From the NCBI GenBank assembly GCA_002633005.1, contig NMRA01000232.1, forward strand, positions 484,866 to 548,865: DNA of 64,000 nucleotides, in the 5' to 3' direction. The translations under genes were made by a program, and so were the position numbers. The notes under the pieces were generated by a model, which had not been told where the DNA came from, ran no database searches, and worked only from the letters and a program-made list of their open reading frames with translations. Source of the stretch: Phoronis australis (Eukaryota > Animalia > Phoronida). Numbering within the stretch: the first letter of the stretch is position 1; every line of letters begins with the position of its first letter. Positions 25,696 through 39,525 of the stretch are shown in pieces.

Positions 25696-27543
25696 TTTAC
25701 CAACGCCACGTAGGGACACTGCCATTGTAAAAGTCATAGTCCGAAGTCTTTTCCCACATTGTTATTTTCACCCCCGCCTAGAAATTTAATTGACGTCATC
25801 GATGTTTCATCTCAGTCGTTGTATCACCCTCATTGTAGCCATATCGTCAGTTTCACAAACTCCTCCCAAAATGGTGCCATAAACCGAAGTTTATTTGCTG
25901 AATCGGCTCATTCAAGAGGACCCCTGACACGCACTCGATCGAAATCATCAATCATCCGACAATACTTACCTGTCAATTAACTAAACGAGTTATTAGGTTA
26001 TTCTACGGCTCCTTTCCGGTTGTGAACATAAATCTATTGGGAAATCACTTTTTGAAAACATTTACAGGTAAAGGGAAATACAGTATTTTAAAACTTCTCC
26101 CATACATGTAGGTGTGGCGTATTGCCTTCTCAATGAATTTGCAGGCAATACCTCAGAATTCATCATTGAGGAGCAGTGTTGATTCACTGAGAAGGAAACT
26201 ACATGGCGCTTTCTACTGTGCTGCTTCGTTACAGGGAAAAAAGATAAAAATCATCACCTCTGAATAATACCGAGTTCCCTGCAAATCCACAGTAATTGCG
26301 GGAAAATGATAGGACCCCTGAATTTCCAACACACGCTGGAGGGTATTGATACATGTATGTCCTTGTTAACTTGAAATTACTGAGTTACCATTTTCCGTCT
26401 ACTAGCAGCCAGTTTGTCAGACGGCCACAACACATGGTGTTGGGTAAGAAGACCACCCGACGTAAAAGGCTTGTACTCTTTTATCCTATCTACAGTGAGC
26501 CAACGCCCGGTCGAATTCGTCACTAATGACGAAAATCAGATATGGAAATGGGGTTTTGTATATCACACGCAAACTTTTAGGTAAAAGCTTGCGTGAATTT
26601 CTTGACAAGTTGATCTCTATGACTGAGTTCTATGAACATACAGTGTGAAAACCTTTTTCGATATCGTTGAGACATACCCAAAGTACAAATACAGTCTTCA
26701 AATGCAAAATAAATGGTATTAGCCAGACGTAATATGGATGCATTTGTAAAAATAGTTGTTTAATATTGTCTTCTTCTGTACATTCAATGTGATACATTAA
26801 TTATCTGTGTTTTTGTAATTAAATTATATCCATTTATAACTACGCCAGCTTAAGCTTATTGTCAACAAAGTGCGACCAAGATGTTACTGAACTATATTAG
26901 AGAAAAACATTTCTTAAAAATTCATCACCATATTAGATAGTACGATTTTCATGTAGCGACTTTTCTTATGATTGCTGTTGGAGAAAGTGCGGGTGTTTGC
27001 GTGAGGCCACTTGGCGTTAAACATGCGACAAACAGTCATTTGTCTGACTAAAGAGATTACCGGAAATGTCTGTAGGGTTATCGATAAGACATGCGCGCAG
27101 CACGAAGCCTCGACATTGAGGTAATCTGGCAGTCAATCACTAAGTACTCGGCAGGATGACAAGTCATCAGAGGAAACCTGTGCATACATTGTATGTACAT
27201 ATACACACTGTTGCCTACCTGCTACTTATTTTACTTTTACCGAGCTTTCAATGGCGATACTAACCTCCGCTGAATGAAACGGATACTGTTGCGCAGGGCG
27301 GATGAAAAAAATCCATAGCCGGGCCTCTAAATTCCAGCTCTGTCCCCCAAATCCCAGTGCTGAACCATCTGACACCGAAGCCGTAGTGAAAGTTCTATGT
27401 CAGGCGGCTTCAGTTCAACATATGTGGTTCGAAAATATCTTATATCCGAAAACCAAGCTCCACGCCCGGGTACCGGGAATGTGCCATACGCGTGTTGAAT
27501 TTAAGTGCGCGGCCATGGAAATTTTACCACAGGTATGGTATTG

Positions 27544-27730
27544 CAGAGCCGGATCTTCAGGGGAGTTCAGGCGGTTCAACCCCCTCCCCCTTCGGGACAG
27601 GATCAAAAATAAAAATTGAAAAAATTTTCGCCAGAAAAACGAAATCAGCTACTAAAACCGCAAAAAAAAAATCTTACACGGGAGGGGGGTTTCCGGGAGG
27701 GGGGAAACCCCCTCCCGACCTTCCCTGAGT
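27544..27730 (+). mobile_element. hAT-like MITE fragment
   Basis: CAGAGCCGGATCTTCAGGGGAGTTCAGGCGGTTCAACCCCTCCCCC start and an internal GC hairpin GGGAGGGGGGTTTCC...GGAAACCCCCTCCC. Confidence 0.45.
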
Positions 27731-30700
27731 TCGTTTCGTCGATTACACAAACTGCGCAGAAAGGGAACAAGTTTGTGTTCCTTTGTAAGTCATATGAAAC
27801 CACTCAGTTGGCAATGAGAACAGACGAATTGAGTTTTGTGGCCACTGCGAAAATGAATTATTCTGAACGCAGTTAGTTACAAATATATTTTAGCATTAGG
27901 CCTGTAACGGCTGCTCATGTAACACCTTTACTTCTCTTTTTATTCGCATCATTGATCAATGTATTTTGACAGACTTGTTGTTTTACATTTTGTTTTACAC
28001 AGAATCTCGAATACACATTCCGAGAAAACACCTCCGCGAATAACATTCAGTTGCGCGATTAAACAACTCCTCATATGCAAGTCCGTAAGCCCCGTGTGAA
28101 TGATGTGAATATTCACCATCAGACGATTTAATTCCCAACACACTATCCGTTAAATTGTCCTGTTAAATACTACTTCCCTGCCTCCTACGACCTGTTCATT
28201 TTTCATATGCCTCTTGAGTCTGTCATGTCTAGAGGACAGGCGTGTCATCGACTCGAACAAATAAACATCTGCACCCACTCTTGCGTAAATGAGAATTTAT
28301 TATCGTGTAAAATACACTGAGAAGTATGTAACCCTTGGACAAAAACTGCATGTCAGCAATATACCACAGGCGTTGCTTACGGAGAATTGGGCAAGAATAA
28401 TGATTTTGTGGTTGATGATGTTTTATCGCTGGCACGCGGTTCCGTGAAAAACGTCTGAGAGCATTCGATGGCGTGAAGGAACGAATCGAATGTGACGCAA
28501 CAGCGACGGAGCGTTTCCGATTGCGGTGTCAAACAAATGGTGAGAATTGGTCCGCGTTTCGAAAAATCGCGTGTTATGTCTTAAGACGAAAATAAATACA
28601 CAGTGTGGTCTGGAATTCAAACAGTTGCCAATTATTTACAAAAATGCATTACGACAGACACACAGGTCCGGCAATGTAGTACCCAGTTATCCACTGGAAA
28701 AATATCTCGTGAAATCCGAAACAATCGAATATAGGTCCTCTATTTGAAAGACATACAATTATTCTCTGCTATCACATTTCAGTTTACACCTTAAACTTCA
28801 ATTGAAATCGAAGATACGGGCTAGTTTATTGCAACTATCGAAATTTAGAATGAAAAAATAGTCTTGAGTAGAACGAAACACGATATTTACAATCATGTGT
28901 AATGCTTGTTTTGTGTTTGTCTTTTCGGATTACATGTAATTATATCAACCAAGGTAAACTTTATAACGATGTCTTCAGCGTAAAGCGAAACGTTTAGATT
29001 GTAATATCACATTGCGCGATGCAAAGACGATGTTTGATTCTTAATGCTACTAATTGACAGAAACGGTAATTGCTAGTGTTGGAATTTGTTTATTACACTT
29101 GTACTTGCAGATAATCAACTCGTGGACGGTTCGGATTACGCTGCGTTGATCACGTTTGTTGAAACACTGGTAATTAACGTTGAACTTCAATAGTCTTGTA
29201 GCCTCTCAGTTTCAGTTGTATTTACCAGTGCAGAGTTGTTGACACACTCTGGTGTCATTTTTTCTGTAGGATTCCCGTGGTATTTTGCTAATTTCGCACA
29301 ATTCTCTGTTACACGAATCCGCAGTACGAATCTTCGTTGAACAGCAACCTATACTGATCTGTGAGTGCGAATCGAAGGTGGTCCCGCTTTCACGTTTGGC
29401 TACGCTGATCATTGGGTGCCGAGGAAAATTGGGCCTATTCAGGTTACAGAACTGTCAATAATGCAAAGCAATAAAAATATTTTGGACTGCCGATCCGTGG
29501 TACTCTACACTGGCATTTCTCTAGGGCATTAATGGCAACATTTATATGCTTCGAACTTTTGAATGCTTTACAGCCCGTATGATCGATCTTGCACAAAACA
29601 ACTCTAGCGAATAACATTTCATGTGCATCATATATTTTATTAGTCAATTATACAAAAATCGAAAAATGTTCAACATGTTATTAAATATTATTTAAAAAGT
29701 CAGGCGTATTGGAGAAATGGCACGACTATTAGGACGTTTGTTTATAGTTAATCATGTATAATATTGCTCAAAATATCTGATGGCAAAATGGGACAGCGTG
29801 TTCATTTTACCGTAGTCGATTTTCGCCACCAGACAGAAGCCCTTTATAGGCTGTGCCGACAACAGTGCAAAGTGTGTGCAATTAATTTTACATCCATTTG
29901 GATTTTGAGTATTATTCCAAAGCTTTCCTTTGTGCGTTACGATACGAATTTTATTACTGGGGTTGGTTAAAACGTCGGTAATTAAGCAATCAGCCACTCC
30001 ATTAGATTACTGAAGCAAAATTGACGCGGTCGAAATAAAGGGGCACATTGTATATTGATATTACATGTGGATATAGGAGAAAATTGTTATATAATGTTAG
30101 ATTTTACGGACTCGTTGAATAGCAATTGAATAACAAAACCTACATTACACTGTGGTGACCGCCTTTCCTCCAAACGTGTAGTCTTGAAAATTTGACAAGA
30201 TGCATACTGCGGCACTGTGTCATCTAGTTCGCTTTTCTTGGTGAATTTGTTAATAGTCTACCTCAGACCTCTTCGATAGAAACAATGTTTAAGTCGCACT
30301 ACTCAATTGAAATTCATGCGATCTTCTGTGCCCGGTTGCATGAAACAGCCCCCAATAAGGACTCAATGAAGTTCCCAAAATCTACTGCGTATTTTTGGAC
30401 TTGTGAGTACATCGATTGCCCTTTTTTGTATTGATTTAGCTTCATTACTAAGTGAACCTTTGTCTTGGATACAAATCGAGAGGGAATTCTACATTGAATT
30501 TTCAATATTATCGAAAATCAGTAGGAATCTTTTCACGAAACACCCCAGTTTAAGGACTGAGTCCCTATTTATTTTTAATAAACTCAGGGCTCAGTTTTAG
30601 TTATATGATTAGAACATGTCATTAATCAAAGATGAGCTCATAATAAAGATGAAATAATAGAAAAGTATTGCATCTGGGAGTCCATAAAGGCAAAAATGCG

Positions 30701-32361
30701 CAAAAAGACTTGGGGACCGGCCACTGATGCACTCTGGTAATTATTTCGTAAACTTCTGTGACAAGTGTCATTAAAAAGGCATGTCACTCTTTGATTCTGC
30801 AGTTGGTCGGATTTAGCTTAGTAGCTCTTCTTTAATGTAAACGAGTTTTAATAAGGTAACATTCATGGTTTCAAATGCGTACTATAGTAGCATACATGTT
30901 GTTTGACCGTTTCAAACCACACATCGTGGCTAAAACGAAACTAGTTGGGTGATTTGTAGCGAAGTCATTGTTCATGGAATGTACAGTGTACATGGCGATT
31001 AGGCTCAAATGGTTTGTCAAAACACATGGACATGATTGTAATCCTCCTGCTGCCTGGTGAATATTAAAACTATCGTGGACGTGTCGTGCAACGGTGCCGC
31101 GTGATTGTCTCATTTTCACCAAACGTCCCTGTTGCATCTCTCTGTGTCAGCAAAGTTGGTATACTCCTCCTCAACGACCATTAAAATATCGTTCAGATGT
31201 CCATTATATTCTCAAGGGTTTCGGTCTCAAAGTTTACGAGTCGAGATGTGTACGAAGATCTACTCAGCACGAAATGGTGCTTTGGCGATTGTCTTGTCGC
31301 TTGCGAGTGATTATCCGTTTTCCATAGTCTTTATTCCGTTAATGAACAGAGCGAGAAAGTATTTGTGTCTCAGTTATTAGATTAGAATTTCCAAATCAAT
31401 CCGAATTGCATACTAATAGCCCTATGCAACTTCCTTTAATTTTAAATGTGATTATCGAATTGCTCATTCGACAAGTGTATGTTCGGATCTACTACAGTGT
31501 TTACCTCTTATTCACGAACGGTATTTGCGTTACTGAGAAGGATCCCTTCATGTTATAATGTGAGAATCAGCGCTTTAAAATCGACTTTTCTCTAAACAAC
31601 TGGAGAACAAATTTGTACAGTTACTTGTCATCGACATTAAGTATTTAATCGATTGTTAGTACAAGCATATCTCAAAAAGAACAGTTGAGATGTTTACAAC
31701 TACGATTACCTTAGAGATAAAAAGAAGTCGTTGAATGAGCGTTTAAGGAAAAGTAGATCGCTAAGAAGACAAATAATTTATTGATTTCATATGAGATTGT
31801 GCGGTTAATGACAGGCAACGTGGGGTAAGACTAACCGATGTCATTCCGCTCCTGCAGGTACGCCAAGCACGATAGACACAATGTGTAATTATCTTGTACA
31901 GAGAAGAGAAAATGAGAGTAATTTATCTTCGTCCGAAATTATAGCCTGCACCACGATGAGAGAGAGCAAAGCAAATTACAGAAACGAGGGAGAAACTATA
32001 TTTCTGACGCAGTTTGTTACATGATGTTATTGACCAATTTACCCTGAGCTGTAGTAGTTTTAACATAAATTTCGTGAGTACTTTCCCCGGGCAATTTTAT
32101 TTTGACATTTTCTTCCTCATTCATGAAAAGATTGTAGGCGGTCCGATGCCTCCTAATATAGTACATTATCTACCATAGAGCGCTAAAGTTGTATGTATCC
32201 ACCCAGATACTATAGGTGACTCCGATCTATTCTGGCTCACGATTGGTCATAGAAATGACGCCATGTAACTTAGCAGCAATAGGTTAGTCCTCCCAACCAA
32301 GGCACAAGTGCCATTCTTAATATAGAACTTATGAATATTTATTTCTCTCGGAATCGTCAGA

Positions 32362-32712
32362 GTGGTTACAAAGTTTTCATCGTTAACACAACTAAACGCT
32401 CGTAAACACGAGTGAACAATTGCGGTCGTAAAACACGAGCAAAGTCTCGGTGGTAATGACTAGCGAACGATTTCGGTCGTAAAACACGAGCTCGGTCGTA
32501 ATCACAAGCGTAATTATGAGCGAACGATATCGATCGTAAAACACGAGCGAAGGCTCGGTCGTTATCCCGAGCGTAATTATGGGCGAACGGTTTAGGTCCT
32601 AAAACACAAGCGAAATCGTGGGCCTTTCGGGTGAGAGTGTCGCTGGTAATTACACTCGTAATCACGACCAAGATTTCGCTCGTGTTTTACGACCGAAACC
32701 TCGTGTTACAGA
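32362..32712. mobile_element. MITE-like element with tandem subterminal repeats
   Basis: Four or more direct copies of GGTCGTAAAACACGAGC and variants, plus an inverted copy GCTCGTGTTTTACGACC at ~32678-32694. Confidence 0.7.
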
Positions 32713-33991
32713 CAATTAAAAGAGACACAATCAAATAGACGTTATTTTCTTGCATCACTATCCAATTTTTTAAACAAAGGAAAGTCGGCCATCGACTTGA
32801 GATCGCAAACGTAACACACTGACGCTGTTATCGAGAATTATGGGTATTAAAACAAATAGCTACGTAATACGGGATCTACTGGCAACTTTGCTGAGGCGAA
32901 ACAATCAGAATTCAGATTGCTGATTTCTGTTTGCGTATCTAAAATTTCGCAAAATTGAAATAAATTTGGATAACTCGTTGCTTACTAATACAGAATTGAG
33001 AAATGAGAACACTGCTGAAGAATCAGACAGCTCACAGATGACGCATTTACTTGTTCCACAAATTTAGCAGCAAAATCTAGTGACGGAAAGTATAGCGCCA
33101 TTTCTAACGGGACATTCATTTATGATTAAATCCACTTATAATCGAATGAGAATGAAAATGTGTGTTTTAATCAATATTAAAGTGTATTTGTTTTTATTCT
33201 CTTTAAGCTCCCTTCAAAAGCCGTCATGGTTTTGTTTCATGTTTGAGTTCTTAATAAGGCAAATTTTCTTTCCTTTTAACATTTGTTACCTCCATGGACT
33301 ACATAATTTCAATGATTGCTCCTGGGGGTCGGTTTAGAGGGGAATTGCCCCCCCCCCCCAGGTGCCACCAAAGGGGGTACAAAGGAGGAGTGCCAACCGG
33401 GTGGGCGCCAAATGGGTGCTGACCCCCTCCCAGGGGGTACATGGGAGGAGTGTTAAACAGGTAAAAGCCAACGGGTTATGCCACATGAGTGTTGAGCCCC
33501 TTCCATCGTCACTAATTTTGGTTGCACCTCTGACCATTGGCAACATGTGCTGAGGTGTTGATTTAAGATTTGGCCCTCGTTTTGTGCATGACCCCCAACT
33601 TTTCATTACGTGGTGCTCCCAGCTCACTGCTGGTTTCATCACCGCATAACAAGTTCGCATATGTTGCCTATTCAATGCACCAGGCTAGTACTAACAATGT
33701 ACGTAGACAACTGTTTTGTGTAGTGGGTGTTACAAAAGTAAGAAGAAGAAAGCAAGTCAATTCATCACTATCTCAACAGTGTAATCAATTCTGATGCACT
33801 CTCACATATAATTTTTGAACATTCCATTAATTCTTAGTGCTATGCCACTACAGGACTCCCCACTCTCCTACTATAATCACCAATAGTTCCAAGCCAGTTG
33901 CTAATCTGTATAATAGCTCACAACTTACAAAACGTAGTAACATTGAGTATATTATCACTCATAGCTAGTCCAAGTTCAAATTCTCAAGCCA

Positions 33992-34200
33992 AAAAATTTT
34001 AAGAGGTACTGAACAGCAATCAACATATTCACTACCACACAACTTCATACAAAACTGAACAACAATTTTAAGAGGTACTGCACAGCAATCAAAATGTTCA
34101 CTACCACACAACTTCATACAAAACTGAACAAAAATTTTAAGAGGTACTGCACAGCAATCAAAATATTCACTACCACACAACTTCATACAAAACTGAACAA
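33992..34200. repeat. 69-bp minisatellite, 3 copies
   Basis: AAGAGGTACTG recurs at 34001, 34070 and 34139, and the units are nearly identical. Confidence 0.95.
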
Positions 34201-34559
34201 AAAAAGACTTGAATGACAAGACCAACATTTAATTTCATATACCCACTGTTCCTCTTATCAATAACAATAAATTTTTCAGGTAAGTTAGAGCCTGACTACA
34301 AGATCATATCAGTTACCTAGCCACAACTTGGGGCTTAAATTAATCACAATCTCATAAAACGTATAAAATAGGCAACAATATACAACAATACAACATGAAA
34401 ATCTGACCAATCTTCTCACTCTCTAGTAATTCGCACCTCTTTTCGCCAAAGAAATGCGCTATAAATAAAACTGAAAACTAATTTTTTCACAGAGGTGTTT
34501 GTCATCAAGACGCAAACTGATTCTGATAGCCCTCCATTCAGATCCTTCAGCTTCACTTT

Positions 34560-35460
34560 GGCTCTCTCTGATATCTTCGTTTTGGTGGATTTGGGAACTC
34601 AGATATTGATGGCACTGCATTCCATGTCAGCGTGGTTCTTCATACGAGCATTCGTGAACATGGACTCCTCGAAGTGACGAGAGCACAACTTGCAGTTCTT
34701 GGACAAGTAGGCCGCATCTCTATTCATAAGGTCGGCTCCCAGCGCTTGCACCTCAAACAGAAATCAGTGAGAGACACAGGAACAAATCTCATACTCACCA
34801 GGTTCATAGAAAACTGGTAGCCTACACTACACTAAACTGCAGAAGTCTGTCGTATTGTGCCTGTGATAGAGACAAAACCGTTTTGGTGTCAACTAAAATA
34901 CTAGGACTCACGGATATTTTTAGGGCAGCGTGAAGCATCATTGGCGCATAGAATTAAGTTTTCATTGACGCACTGGTGTTGCTTACTTGGGCCAACCCGC
35001 ACATTAAAATTATGTCGATTTTTTCACATTTTACCCAGAGACCCACATATTTTCTAACTTGACTCATAGATAGATTTGAGGCCCTGTGGCTGTGACTGTG
35101 GCCGTGTCATATTGGGCCCTGACCTTGGGAATTTTTTTTTGAATTATCCCTGCGATCGTTCGGGTGACATTTTGATTGGGAATACATGGACTGCAAATAT
35201 CTAAAAAGCTGACGATCACATCGTTAATCATAGTCCTTCCGTCGGCTGCCCGGCTGTGCAGTAGGCCTAACCTGACACTTCAGACAACAGTGGCACCCCT
35301 GAGACTGATCGACTAGTTGTCTTCCAACCGTGAACAGAACACACAAAATGTATCATTTTATGGAATAACAAATAATCTTTACGTTTCTGGATCTTTAATA
35401 AATGTAAAAATGACACATTTGGAGTTTTCGTAGAATTAATTAGTCCAATTTATCGCCCTG
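34560..35460 (-). pseudogene. Decayed two-exon THAP zinc-finger domain gene (likely DNA-transposon relic)
   Basis: Exon 1 (~35460-35383) reads AINWTN / TKTPNVSF / FTFIKDPE across frameshifts. Exon 2, from the acceptor AG at 34753-34752, reads CKRW / ADLMNRDAAYLSKNCKLCSRHFEESMFTNARMKN / TLTWNAVPSISEFPNPPKR. The THAP W, CxxHF and AVP(T/S)I motifs are present in order. Confidence 0.85.
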
Positions 35461-37694
35461 GTTTTGGCTTTTCCTGGTTGACCGTTGCTTATTCACCACT
35501 TGGCGGCGATAGTAGTAACGATAACAGCGAACTCACAAGTGAACTCTCCTATACTTCTACACCCCTTGGTTTCACCAAAAGTCCTGTCCGACAATAGCAC
35601 ACTTTCATTCTGAGGCATTTACTGAGAATGCAACAGCTGCCCTGCTTCTTCACATTCAAATATACTGGTCAATATCTCGTATCCTAATTATTATGTAATT
35701 CACCGTTGTAATGCACGTACATAAATTTGTATGCATTTTGAGTTGTAATACTGACCCCAAGAAATTGGCAAAAAGGCAAATGTTAGAGCTGGCTGTACAG
35801 TGTGTCGTTTTTTTATTTGTTTTTTGTTGTCTCATTAATGAACTCATTAATGAACTCGGGAGCCATTTTCCGTGCCCGCGAAACAAGAGAGATCACACGA
35901 CGGGCCTATTGATAATGAAGTACAGCTTATTCTTGCGTGGTCGACATTGTCACGAGACGTGACTTGATAGGGTTGTAATGAGATTCATCAGCCGATTTAA
36001 TCAAACTGATAATCATATGACAATGGTGAGACGATTCAGGCGTCCTCATACTGAGTTTCGCTTATTTATATTAGTTTTTGTGGTGTTTAACTCTTGCTGT
36101 AAATTAAAACGACACAAATGCCAGCCGTCACAATACCGTTTTCAGCAAAATACAGCGCCTAGCACTGCGACATTTATTGTTGACCTGTTGACTATTGGTA
36201 GCATATTCTGAATCAATGCACATTGAGAAAACGCCACCGACAATCATAGATTGGGGATGAAAAAATCCAAAACATGTTATTAAAAAACACATTGACGGAC
36301 AATGTTTATCTAATCTAGTCCACGTGTCTGAATTAGTTTGTGAAAAGCGTGGTCCCATTAAATGTTGAAGTGTAAAGAACTGTTCTTGTTTCTTCAATGT
36401 ATTTATTTTTATTTATGGTTAAAAAGTTGATTGAGCAATAATTTTTTCTTCACTTCATTAATTTTTGGCCAACTTAGAAGCAAGAAGTTGAAAACAAAAA
36501 CGACGGCAAGAGCGTAGCATGAAAACGACTTTTTGATGTTAGGCGCATTGTAAGAGGTACAGCAGTCAAACAGAATAGAACAGAATACTGTTACAGAATG
36601 CCCACTTTACCACGCAGTGTGCAGTGTATGACACGGGATCTGTCAAAAACTATCTACCACACCTCCAGCTTGTACATGTCTATTAATGTATGTGAATAGC
36701 CCCACGCATTAAGAGTCGTGATAATAACTACATGGGTATGTCGAACTTTTAATTCGAGAGGCTATTCACACACACACACACAGGCCCTCCATGTTAAGAT
36801 GTCACTCAATAGGATGTCGTCACAGTTTCCGATCCTGAGGAGATCAAATGTTGCTTGAACCCAACCAAATTACACAATGAAATTACACTTTTGTACTCTG
36901 CTTGAGTGCTGGGAACACACCCGCTACAGGTACGATATTTTGAAATATGAATTAGAGTTTATTCCTCACAAAACACGCCCATCCCCTAAGACCACCAGGA
37001 GTGTTATTACTCCAAGTAACGTGTCGGATGACAAAGACTAAGCGCTCGTGCGCGCCACTCATCTTTGAAGTGAACAAAGTTGTTAGTGACGTCATCGTAT
37101 CATTTTTATTGTTGAATGCAATGCAGCTAAGGTGTGTCTTCTTTCGCAGGTATTATTACTAACTCAGTAAAAAATTCAATTCATTTTGACCGTTACAATT
37201 AAAAGTAACAACCACCGCCTACTTAAGAATCACAGTGCGCGTCACAGTTGAGCACGATTAACACAGTTTGCTTCCCAATGAGCCATATCGAGGGAGCACA
37301 TGAAATCTGAACTTAAAAGCTCAATCAGAGTCTCGTGTAGCCCCTCTCTGACGTGTTCGTGTATCTGGAAAAGTGTAAAAATGCGAACTATGCGGTCGAC
37401 AATTAATTGAACACGTGGACTTATCTTTAATCCGTCTAATTATAGAAAATTTCAGGTGTGTTTCTGTGGCCAGTACAGCTGTTGTTTTGGAAAAGTTTAA
37501 CAGTTGATAAGTTTTTGGCAACTTACACTTTTCTTACAACTGACTTGCTTCTTACACAAAGGAATTTGCTTGCAAAAATGCGGGTACAACAATACTTTCA
37601 CACCAGAACAGTTCTGTGTTTGACCTGGAGTAAACATCCGGACAGCTTGCCCAAATTTACTTCTAACGCGTCTCCGTGTGTTTCATAAGTAAGC

Positions 37695-37840
37695 GGACAT
37701 TACCGGCGAGACAAAATGATTTTCTGAGATCAGCCTGAGCGCAGAACTCTAATCGAAGCTACAACTGCAGCGGACGTAGTCTAACATACCGCTGGCGGAT
37801 TTAAATCCCACTCTATAAATGGCACACTATTTTAAAGTGT
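37695..37840 (+). repeat. Dispersed repeat family A, copy 3
   Basis: GGACATTACCGGCGAGACAAAATGATTTTCTGAGATCAGC...TTTAAAGTGT matches 4990-5123. Confidence 0.65.
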
Positions 37841-39087
37841 GTTCTACTGGTAAAGTCACCGGTTTTGATTTCAGCGAATGTCTGGCAGACAACGGTGGAA
37901 ATTCGCCATTTCGTAATAAAATCACAAACACTGCAGGTCAAACCTAATAACGTCAAGAAGTTTAACCCATCCAACTGCGGTCCTAAACATGTACTTTCGT
38001 CCAAAAACCGATAGGCTTAACAAGGCAATGCTTAACAATGCGTCCTTCTCGTTTTCTCAAAGAAAATTTAAGATTAGTAAAATATGCGAATGTTGACAAA
38101 CCACAATGCAATACATTATATTACACTTGGCTTGTTGTTGTCCAAGGTTCTTTGAGGCGCTGCATGCATATCAAGAAAAGGCTCTCGAGCTTTAAATGTT
38201 TTCTCACCGTCATTTAAGGCATACATACATACATGCACAGTAAGGGAGGCACTGCAGTATACAAGAGGAAGATTCAATTCTGTAACGTAGTCATCGACTA
38301 AGACGGAAAAACATGGACTTTCAACGTAAAAGAAACAATAACACTTTCTTCCTGCATCTTCACCGGGTACACAATAACAGTTTTGCGGGACACCCAAGCT
38401 ATCAGAGGTAATCTGATGTAAACTATGCAGGACTGTATTCGTTGTAACTTATGGTGTACTTCATGGATTATAGTTTTCTGGCGCTTGACTGCGCAATAGG
38501 TTAACACACGCCGTCGCGACTAATAATGAACTCCTGAAATTACGTTGTGAATAAATTAGTTTTTCAAGTTTAAAAATGCTATCATAAGTGGCCAAATATA
38601 TTTTCTTTGTCTAGTTTATCTCTTTATATTCGTTTTAATTGTTTGAGCAAAACAAATCATTCTTCCTGCCACCAAGAAGGAATCATGTAACAAGTAACAA
38701 AATGAGATACCATAATGCTATATTTCTTGAACACAAACGTATAAATTGTGAGTGGAAGTTTCTCTTTCAAAGGTGGCCTGTAATTGAATTTTGTTGCCGA
38801 TAGCTTAGTCTAACGACTCCGTAGGTGGTTTTGTCATTTGTGACATTACCCCGGCAACGTTCACCATTGCTGTTAAACAGAGGACCGTCCAGCTAATTCA
38901 CAAGAATCACGCATAGAAATTCCCAGTACATAGACCCTAAATACCTCTCATGGGGTATCGTGCCATAAATTATATTTGTGTCCGAGTGGCGAGTCCAACG
39001 CCTGTTTGTGCGATCTCTTAGAGCATTCAATTCTTGGCATGAATTCCCGTTACCTTTGGGTATATGCCGCGTTGGCAAAATACGACA

Positions 39088-39434
39088 TAAGTCCGGATTA
39101 TTACAGTATTAATTCCCGAATTATCGTGGGAATAATTTTAGCCAATCAGCAGCCAGGTATAATGGCAGTAATAAATAGTTATTTATGGATAAATATCTAT
39201 TATTGTCATTGTTGTCGTGAATATTCCTGACTTCTGACTGGCTTCTTACTTTCATGAATATCCAGAGCAATACAACGACCAATAAATAATGACGGCAATA
39301 GCGACTGCCATAAACATTTATTGCTGTTATAGATTTTTATATCTGTTATGACTGCAATTATTTCTGACTTCTGATTGGCTAAAAAGTTATTGCTGTCATA
39401 ATTCTGGAATTATGATAGCAATAAATCAAACTTA
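39088..39434. mobile_element. Fold-back MITE with ~90-bp imperfect TIRs
   Basis: TAATTCCCGAATTAT...TTTTAGCCAATCAGCAGCCAGG on the left is inverted as CTGACTTCTGATTGGCTAAAA...ATAATTCTGGAATTA on the right. Confidence 0.7.
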
Positions 39435-39525
39435 CGAGGCACTAGGTCAAAGTAAGTCGTCGAAATAGATATTAGTTGTTGTATACTATTCTGTTCTCCA
39501 CTGCATTCTCCACACGACAATTCAC

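Noticed and set aside
33992-34200. CRISPR-like array or Cys-rich repeat protein (ORF 33965-34228)
   Set aside because: Head-to-tail 69-bp units with no unique spacers and no cas genes, in a eukaryotic context. The ORF is open only because 69 is divisible by 3.
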